From the NCBI GenBank assembly GCA_965212055.1, contig OZ243041.1, positions 96,001 through 160,000 on the forward strand: a DNA stretch of 64,000 nucleotides, read 5' to 3'. Both the position numbers and the translations under genes were made by a program. The stretch comes from Fidelibacterota bacterium (lineage in GTDB: Bacteria > Fidelibacterota > Marinisomatia > Marinisomatales > Marinisomataceae). A model generated the notes under the pieces. It worked only from the letters and a program-made list of their open reading frames with translations, was not told the DNA's origin and did no database searches. Positions within the stretch are counted from its first letter, which is position 1; each line of letters starts with the position of its first letter. This document shows, in pieces, positions 58,240 to 64,000 of the stretch.

Positions 58240-59143
58240 AGATATTATTACAAAAAAAGCACTTCAATTAGGATTCGATAAAATTGGTTTTGCTAACCCT
58301 TCTCAGCAGGTTGATCCTAATAATTATTTTGATGAATGGATCCAATCAAATTATCATGGTACAATGAAGTGGATGGAATCAAGAAAAGAAGAACGAAAGA
58401 ATATATTTAATTATTTTCCTGAAGTAAAAACTGTGATTTCATTAGCATTTAATTATTTTACAAAGAGAAGTTCTGAGTTTTCACAAAATTGTAATTCAGA
58501 TATCAAATTTAGTAATTATGCATGGGGGGATGATTATCATAAAGTCATTAAAGACAAGCTCCATCTTATCAAAGATACAATTTCCGATTATGATTTATCT
58601 ATTAAAACCTTGGTTTGTGTAGACACTGCACCGATTATGGAGAAAAAATGGGCAGAAAAAGCAGGTATTGGATGGCAAGGGAAAAATACAAATCTTCTTA
58701 CCAAAGATTTAGGGAGTTGGATATTTTTGGCAGAAATACTTATTGATCAAGAAATGGAGTATGATATTCCTTTTAGTGAAGATCTATGTGGTACATGTAC
58801 GGCATGTATAGATGCATGTCCAACAAATGCTTTGACAGAATATAAAATAGATTCCAATAAATGCATATCTTACCTCACAATCGAATATAGAGGAGACTTT
58901 GAAGATGTGAACTTACATCAATGGATTTATGGATGTGATATTTGTCAAGAAGTGTGTCCATGGAATATTAAATTTGAGCAAGTGAAAGAAGATCAACAAT
59001 TTGAACCAAGAGAATCACTAGTACAATTTTTTAAAAAAGATTGGAAAAATCTAAATCAAGATAACTTCAAGTCTGGTTTTTCTAATTCTGCCGTCAAAAG
59101 AACGAAGTATAACGGATTAAAAAGGAATATTGAATCCTTATAG
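58220..59143 (+). CDS. queG: tRNA epoxyqueuosine(34) reductase
   Basis: YAWGDDYH, VDTAPIMEK, GIGWQGKN, GSWIFL, CGTCTACIDACPT, CISYLTIE, YGCDICQEVCPWN. Confidence 0.96.
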   Translation: MTEKNLKDIITKKALQLGFDKIGFANPSQQVDPNNYFDEWIQSNYHGTMKWMESRKEERKNIFNYFPEVKTVISLAFNYFTKRSSEFSQNCNSDIKFSNYAWGDDYHKVIKDKLHLIKDTISDYDLSIKTLVCVDTAPIMEKKWAEKAGIGWQGKNTNLLTKDLGSWIFLAEILIDQEMEYDIPFSEDLCGTCTACIDACPTNALTEYKIDSNKCISYLTIEYRGDFEDVNLHQWIYGCDICQEVCPWNIKFEQVKEDQQFEPRESLVQFFKKDWKNLNQDNFKSGFSNSAVKRTKYNGLKRNIESL

Positions 59144-59884
59144 TTTTTTTACCTTTTTATATTCTTTTGGAATTTGAAATATATCTGGCAATAAATCATT
59201 CTTAGAATATTTGAATAGAACATAGGTAAAAGTTCCATCTTCTACCGTAGTTTGATATTTAACAATAAGAGCATCTTTATTAATTCCACCTTTTTCAAAT
59301 GGAATAGGTATTTGTTCGAAACCTAGATTTGGTGGGATTGTTCCTCCAAAAAGATTCTCTAATTTTTTAAGAGTTGAGCCAACGATTGGAGAGTTTAAAG
59401 TTTTTTCTGTAAACCATAAGAATAGTTCTATTTCCTCTTCTTCTACTGTTATGGTAGCTTTTTTTGTTTCAAAATCATTTACGATTTCAATTTCTTCTGC
59501 GATGCTAAATACCACATCCAAATCATCTGTTTCATTTTCATCATTGTCTGGTGGTCCCCCGCGGTTTTCATCTCCTATGTCTTCTAAAAATTTTGACACT
59601 GTATATGTTACAAATTTCTTTTTTCTATGATTTATTCTTGTAATTGTAGAATCTTTCAATGATACAATATATCCTTCTTCTCTTTTGATATTAATTAAGC
59701 GAAATATTTTAATATTAAAATTACTTCTTAAATAATAAGTATCATCAGAAAAGTATCTATCGATTGCTCCATTCATTGTGCCTTGTGAGAACGATCCATT
59801 TATCTCTTCTTTAATAAGCAGATTAGATTGTCCATTCAGGCTATATGAGAAGCATAAGAATAGTAAAAAAATAATTTTTTTCAA
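59138..59884 (-). CDS. Secreted hypothetical protein, possibly DUF4412/GLPGLI-like
   Basis: Likely TTG start 59884 (LKKIIFLLFL..SLNG|QS); E.VNDFETKKA..LWFT and C-terminal FQIPKEYKKV. Confidence 0.6.
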   Translation of the reverse strand: MKKIIFLLFLCFSYSLNGQSNLLIKEEINGSFSQGTMNGAIDRYFSDDTYYLRSNFNIKIFRLINIKREEGYIVSLKDSTITRINHRKKKFVTYTVSKFLEDIGDENRGGPPDNDENETDDLDVVFSIAEEIEIVNDFETKKATITVEEEEIELFLWFTEKTLNSPIVGSTLKKLENLFGGTIPPNLGFEQIPIPFEKGGINKDALIVKYQTTVEDGTFTYVLFKYSKNDLLPDIFQIPKEYKKVKKL

Positions 59885-59888
59885 ATTA

Positions 59889-60824
59889 TTATAAACCAGT
59901 TTCTTGAACTGTTTTTTTAACTTCGGTAAGTGTGTTATCGAGAGCATTTTTTTCTTCACTATTTAGTTCAAATGTGAGAATTCTTTCTACGCCATCACAA
60001 CCAATAACGGTTGGTACCCCGATAAAATATCCATTGATTCCAAATTCACCTTCGCATAGCGAAGCACAAGGAATAACACGTTTTTTATCTCTAATAAAAC
60101 TTTCAATCATTTCTACTGCAGATTGTGCAGGAGCATAAAATGCAGATCCCTTGCCAAGAAGTTTGACTATTTCACCACCACCAAATCTTGTTCGTTCTTC
60201 GATTTCATTAATTTTTTCTTCATTTAATAATGAAGTTAAAGGCACTCCACCAACGTTGGCTAATCGACTTACTGGTACCATAGTGTCTCCATGTCCACCA
60301 AGAACCATACAAGTAACGTCTTGAGAAGAAAGATTTGTTTCTTCTGCGATAAAAGACCTAAATCTTGCACTATCAAGTGCTCCTGCCATACCAACAACTT
60401 TGTTCTTTTTAAATCCTGAAACTTTATAAAATGAATATACCATAGCATCTAAAGGATTTGATACAACGATAACAAATGCATCTGGAGCATGTGTTTTTAC
60501 TTCATTGGCTACATTTGTCATAATAGATAAGTTTTTATTAAGTAAATCTTCTCGATTCATACCAGGTTGTCTAGGAAATCCTGCAGTAATAACAACTACA
60601 TCAGAATTTTTTATTGTTTTAAAATCTGATGATCCACTTAGTTTACAATCAAATCCATCATGAGGAAGGAGTTGAGCTATATCTAATGCTTTCCCCTTTA
60701 CAAAATTTTCAGCTTCAGGAATATCAATAATAGCAATATCTCCTAATTCTTTTTGAGCTACTAGAAGGGCAATATTACCACCAACTTGTCCACCCCCGAT
60801 TAGTGCTATTTTTTTCCTTGGCAT
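59889..60824 (-). CDS. mdh: Malate dehydrogenase (LDH-like)
   Basis: IGGGQVG, GKALD, TAGFPRQPGMNREDLL, NPLDAM, GMAGALDSARF, LGGHGD, GSAFYAPA. Confidence 0.95.
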   Translation of the reverse strand: MPRKKIALIGGGQVGGNIALLVAQKELGDIAIIDIPEAENFVKGKALDIAQLLPHDGFDCKLSGSSDFKTIKNSDVVVITAGFPRQPGMNREDLLNKNLSIMTNVANEVKTHAPDAFVIVVSNPLDAMVYSFYKVSGFKKNKVVGMAGALDSARFRSFIAEETNLSSQDVTCMVLGGHGDTMVPVSRLANVGGVPLTSLLNEEKINEIEERTRFGGGEIVKLLGKGSAFYAPAQSAVEMIESFIRDKKRVIPCASLCEGEFGINGYFIGVPTVIGCDGVERILTFELNSEEKNALDNTLTEVKKTVQETGL

Positions 60825-60826
60825 TT

Positions 60827-61081
60827 TTAATTCTTGTCAATTACGCTTACAAAGGTATTTTTACCTTTTTTGCTAAACTTTACAATTCCATTAGATGTTG
60901 CAAATAAAGAATCATCATTTGATCTTTTTACATTACGTCCAGGATGATATTTTGTGCCTCTTTGTTTAACAATGATACTTCCAGATAGAATTGCTTGGCC
61001 ATCAGTAGTTTTAATACCGAGTCTTTTTGATACAGAATCTCTTCCATTTCTTGAACTTCCTTGTCCTTTTTTATGAGCCAT
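60827..61081 (-). CDS. rpmA: 50S ribosomal protein L27
   Basis: [28 protein letters not shown]. Confidence 0.98.
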   Translation of the reverse strand: MAHKKGQGSSRNGRDSVSKRLGIKTTDGQAILSGSIIVKQRGTKYHPGRNVKRSNDDSLFATSNGIVKFSKKGKNTFVSVIDKN

Positions 61082-61093
61082 ATATCTACCTCT

Positions 61094-61471
61094 TTATTTC
61101 TTCTTTTTAACGCTTGCAGCAGCTTTCTTTTTTGTAGCGCTCGCAGCTTTCTTTTTTGTACCGGTGATTGATTGAATTTGAATCATAGTTAAGTCTTGTC
61201 TATGACCATTTTTTCTTTGATAACCTTTTCTTCTTTTTTTCTTGATTACAAGCACTTTATCAGCTCTTGTATGATCAACAACTTTAGCACTGACTTTATA
61301 ACTGCTTAATTCTTTCGGATTAAAGATATTAGTATTTTTGTCTAATACTGCTTTAATATTATCAAATTTTACAATCTTACCTGTTTCTAAGTCAATTTTG
61401 GAATCAACCACAACAGTATCACCCTTAGAAACCTTATATTGTTTTCCATATATTTCTACAATTGCAATCAT
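61094..61471 (-). CDS. rplU: 50S ribosomal protein L21 with Lys/Ala tail
   Basis: GKQYKV, KKKRRKGYQRKNGHRQ; adjacent to rpmA. Confidence 0.97.
   Translation of the reverse strand: MIAIVEIYGKQYKVSKGDTVVVDSKIDLETGKIVKFDNIKAVLDKNTNIFNPKELSSYKVSAKVVDHTRADKVLVIKKKRRKGYQRKNGHRQDLTMIQIQSITGTKKKAASATKKKAAASVKKKK
61119..61160. repeat. 18-bp direct repeat (period 24) encoding the L21 tail TKKKAA
   Basis: GCAGCTTTCTTTTTTGTA at 61119-61136 and 61143-61160. Confidence 0.8.
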
Positions 61472-61479
61472 AGCGTGCG

Positions 61480-61508
61480 AACTTAATAGCTAATTTATTC
61501 CCTTTCAA
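61480..61508 (-). promoter_or_regulatory. Putative rplU-rpmA promoter, near-leaderless
   Basis: TTGAAA (61508-61503)-17 nt-TAAGTT (61485-61480)-8 nt-ATG. Confidence 0.65.
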
Positions 61509-62995
61509 GTACCTATTTCAGTTGTAATATCCTTTGCATCATTCATTTTTGTGAATTTGAACTGATTTTTTTGGATTTGTACATCCTCTATAACTTTTAG
61601 ATAAACGAAATTTTGCCACATAAGACTAATATACGCTTTCTTCTGCTCTTTCTTTAAATAGTGAGCAATTTCTGGATTTAAATATAATTTTAATCTCAAA
61701 TCTTTATTTTTTTGTTTATAATCACGTAACCAATAATCAATTCTTGTTAAAAGAGTATCCTTTGATATAATTCTTCCTAGACCTCTACAACTATCACAAG
61801 ATTCTGTTAAATTATCTACAATGCTTAAGCCAGTTCTTTCTCTAGTCATCTCAAGAACACCAAATTCAGAAATTTCCGATACTGCTACTTTAGCACGACC
61901 TTTTTTTAACTCTTTCTTCATTTCAAGGTATATTTTCTTTCTATTTTCAGCAGAAGTCATATCAATAAAATCAATCAAAATTAAACCAGATAAATGTCTC
62001 AATCTAAGTTGTTTTGCGATTTCTTTTGCTGCTTCCAGGTTAATTTTTAGAGAATTATCTTCATGTTTTTTCTTGCCAACAAATTTTCCACTATTAACAT
62101 CAACTACCACCATTGCTTCAGTTCTTTCAATAATTAAATATGCGCCGCTTTTAAGCCAAACTTTATTTCTCAGTAGTTTGACTAATTCATCTTCAATCCC
62201 TTCTTGTTTGAACAAGGGGACTCTTTTTTTATAATGTTCAAGAGAATCTGATATTTCTAGAGAGTCTTCTTTGATAATTTTTTGTACTTTTTTAAAGTTT
62301 TCTTTAGAATCAACAACAATTTTTTCTACTTTGTCGCTTATTAAATCTCGCAGAACACTTGATGTCATTTCTAAATCGTTGTGAATTAATGTAGGTGCCT
62401 TACTTTCTTTAGCCACATTCATTAGTTGGTTATATTTTTTTTCTAAATTATTATAATCATTTTGTATTTGTTTTTCAGTTTTTCCCTCTGCTACAGTTCG
62501 GATAATGATTCCTAATCCATGTTTTTTAATGTCAAAAGCTATTTTCTTTAATCTTCTTCTTTCGTATTTGTCCCTCATTTTTTTTGATACTCCAACATAT
62601 TTTGAATTTGGTACAAGTACAATAAAACGTCCCGCAATCGAAAGAGCTGTTGTAATACGAGCCCCTTTATTGTCAAATGGTTCTTTGATTACTTGAACGA
62701 CAATTTCTTGACCTGGATTTAGGAGGACATTAATCTCTTTAGAATTTTTTGAATCCGCAATCAATTCTGAATCTGATATTTCTGAAAAAGGTAAGAATGC
62801 ATTATTCCCTTTTCCAATATTGACAAACGCAGCTTGCATACCAGGGATAACGTTTTCTACTACCCCTTTATAGATATTGCCTACAGTTCTCTTTCTTGAT
62901 TGTTTATCAACATGTATTTCGGCAAGTTTTCCATTTTCTTTAACGGCTATTCGAGTCTCCCCGATGCCTTCACTAATGTAAATTTCTTTTTTCAT
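61505..62995 (-). CDS. Rne/Rng family ribonuclease (short, RNase G-length)
   Basis: S1 domain GNIYKG..PGMQAAFVNIG, IERTEAMVVVDVNSG, QLRLR..SGLILIDFIDM, Zn-link CDSCRG. Confidence 0.94.
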   Translation of the reverse strand: MKKEIYISEGIGETRIAVKENGKLAEIHVDKQSRKRTVGNIYKGVVENVIPGMQAAFVNIGKGNNAFLPFSEISDSELIADSKNSKEINVLLNPGQEIVVQVIKEPFDNKGARITTALSIAGRFIVLVPNSKYVGVSKKMRDKYERRRLKKIAFDIKKHGLGIIIRTVAEGKTEKQIQNDYNNLEKKYNQLMNVAKESKAPTLIHNDLEMTSSVLRDLISDKVEKIVVDSKENFKKVQKIIKEDSLEISDSLEHYKKRVPLFKQEGIEDELVKLLRNKVWLKSGAYLIIERTEAMVVVDVNSGKFVGKKKHEDNSLKINLEAAKEIAKQLRLRHLSGLILIDFIDMTSAENRKKIYLEMKKELKKGRAKVAVSEISEFGVLEMTRERTGLSIVDNLTESCDSCRGLGRIISKDTLLTRIDYWLRDYKQKNKDLRLKLYLNPEIAHYLKKEQKKAYISLMWQNFVYLKVIEDVQIQKNQFKFTKMNDAKDITTEIGT

Positions 62996-63194
62996 TTTTA
63001 TAGCCTCTAGCTTTACTCTTAAACGTAGAGCAACTATTTAACTTTTAGTGAAATGAGGAGAGAATAATTAGGAATAAAAAATCTTTATAAATTCTAAATT
63101 TAAAAAACAAAAATAATAACTTTTAAATTCTGCCCTCAATTTCGCAAGTAATTTAACGATTTTTAAGTTTAAAATACATATAATCTGAACAATT

Positions 63195-63974
63195 ATGTTT
63201 AATGAAGAATTAATAGCTGCTAAGGTTGCAGCAAGAAATGCCGGCAAGATTTTAATCAAACATTTAAATGTTGATGACAAAAACATTGAATATAAAAGTA
63301 AAGACAGTCCTGTTACTATTGCTGACCATGAAGCTGATCAATATCTTTCTGATTTTATAGGAGGAGAATTCCCTCATGATGGATGGTTATCAGAGGAAAC
63401 CGTTGATACTGAAGAGAGATTAGAGAAAAAACGGACATGGATTGTTGATCCACTCGACGGTACTAAAGAATATATTAAAAAACTTCCTGAATTTTCTATT
63501 AGTATTGCTCTGGTTCAGAACAATATACCAGTTGTAGGAGTTATTTATAATCCTATCTCAGAAGAAATGTTTTATGCAGAGAAAAATAAAGGAGCATTTT
63601 TAAATGGAATGAAAATAAAAATCTCTGATAAACAAGATATAAAAAATGCATCGTTGATAGTCAGTAGATCTGAGTATGGTAATAATTTATGGAATAATTA
63701 CAAATCAAGTTTTTTGTCAATTAAATCGATTGGAAGTATAGCATATAAATTAGGTTTGACTGCAGCCAATGTTTATGATATTACAGCAACTGTTGCACCA
63801 AAAAATGAATGGGATATTTGTGCTGGAGATTGTATAGTTCGTGAAGCTGGCGGTACTATGAAGACAATTAATGGTGAAAATATTAATTACAATCAAAAGA
63901 AAACCCTTGTGACAGACCCAATAATTGCTACAAATTTTAAATTATTTGATATGGTATCAGATTTATTATATTAG
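63195..63974 (+). CDS. cysQ: 3'(2'),5'-bisphosphate nucleotidase / inositol monophosphatase family
   Basis: PVTIAD, WLSEE, WIVDPLDGTKEY, VSRSE, EWDICAG..IVREAGG. Confidence 0.8.
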   Translation: MFNEELIAAKVAARNAGKILIKHLNVDDKNIEYKSKDSPVTIADHEADQYLSDFIGGEFPHDGWLSEETVDTEERLEKKRTWIVDPLDGTKEYIKKLPEFSISIALVQNNIPVVGVIYNPISEEMFYAEKNKGAFLNGMKIKISDKQDIKNASLIVSRSEYGNNLWNNYKSSFLSIKSIGSIAYKLGLTAANVYDITATVAPKNEWDICAGDCIVREAGGTMKTINGENINYNQKKTLVTDPIIATNFKLFDMVSDLLY

Positions 63975-64000
63975 GATATGGCTAATTCTTCAAAAAACGT

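Noticed and set aside
25425..59959. ORF-track starts at 25484, 35224, 36252, 37686, 49278, 55513, 56517, 57394 and 59959
   Set aside because: They overlap neighbouring genes or promoters; alternative starts give proper signal peptides or family N-termini
903..62696. The many 60-154 aa ORF-track entries nested in or antisense to long genes (e.g. 5933..6397, 21416..21730, 42345..42668, 61821..62234)
   Set aside because: They lie wholly within well-supported genes and show no recognisable motifs; they are typical shadow ORFs
62996..63194. Structured autoregulatory RNase E/G leader, and the 63068..63286 minus-strand ORF
   Set aside because: The spacer is long for this genome, but I could not define a convincing stem; the ORF overlaps cysQ antisense and is low complexity
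63978..64000. Possible start of the next gene (MANSSK..)
   Set aside because: Too short at the window edge to support a call
1..64000. CRISPR array, prophage, IS element, rRNA or defence island
   Set aside because: No regularly spaced repeats and no recognisable cas, phage, transposase or rRNA sequence

Overview
A gene-dense, AT-rich bacterial chromosome segment made mostly of housekeeping genes. The SprA translocon, FCB-type LptD, homodimeric GlyRS and tiny intergenic spacers suggest a streamlined FCB-group organism such as Marinisomatota/SAR406; this is inferred, not database-checked. Core genes include carAB, gcvP, argS, rsfS, mnmA, ggt, glyQS, topA, hisS, lptD, rdgB, sprA, queG, mdh, rpmA, rplU, an RNase E/G and cysQ, plus an RND efflux operon, tRNA-Lys(UUU), tRNA-Phe(GAA) and tmRNA. 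No integrase, transposase, CRISPR array or prophage was seen. The most notable observations are: (1) a glutaminyl-cyclase-like lipoprotein directly after sprA, with five exported proteins in the window showing Gln right after the predicted signal cleavage site (a Bacteroidetes-style Q-rule); (2) an unannotated two-hairpin small RNA between tRNA-Lys and tmRNA; (3) a 30-bp perfect A/T palindrome next to the topA promoter; (4) an FTR1 permease with a C-terminal CxxC..CxxC tail under a Fur-like operator; (5) an OstA-LptD fusion; (6) a secreted RMDN/PTPIP51-like TPR protein; (7) a frameshifted EEP lipoprotein; and (8) a recurring TAAVTT -10 element, several copies with near-leaderless geometry. All family assignments come from motif recognition by eye.
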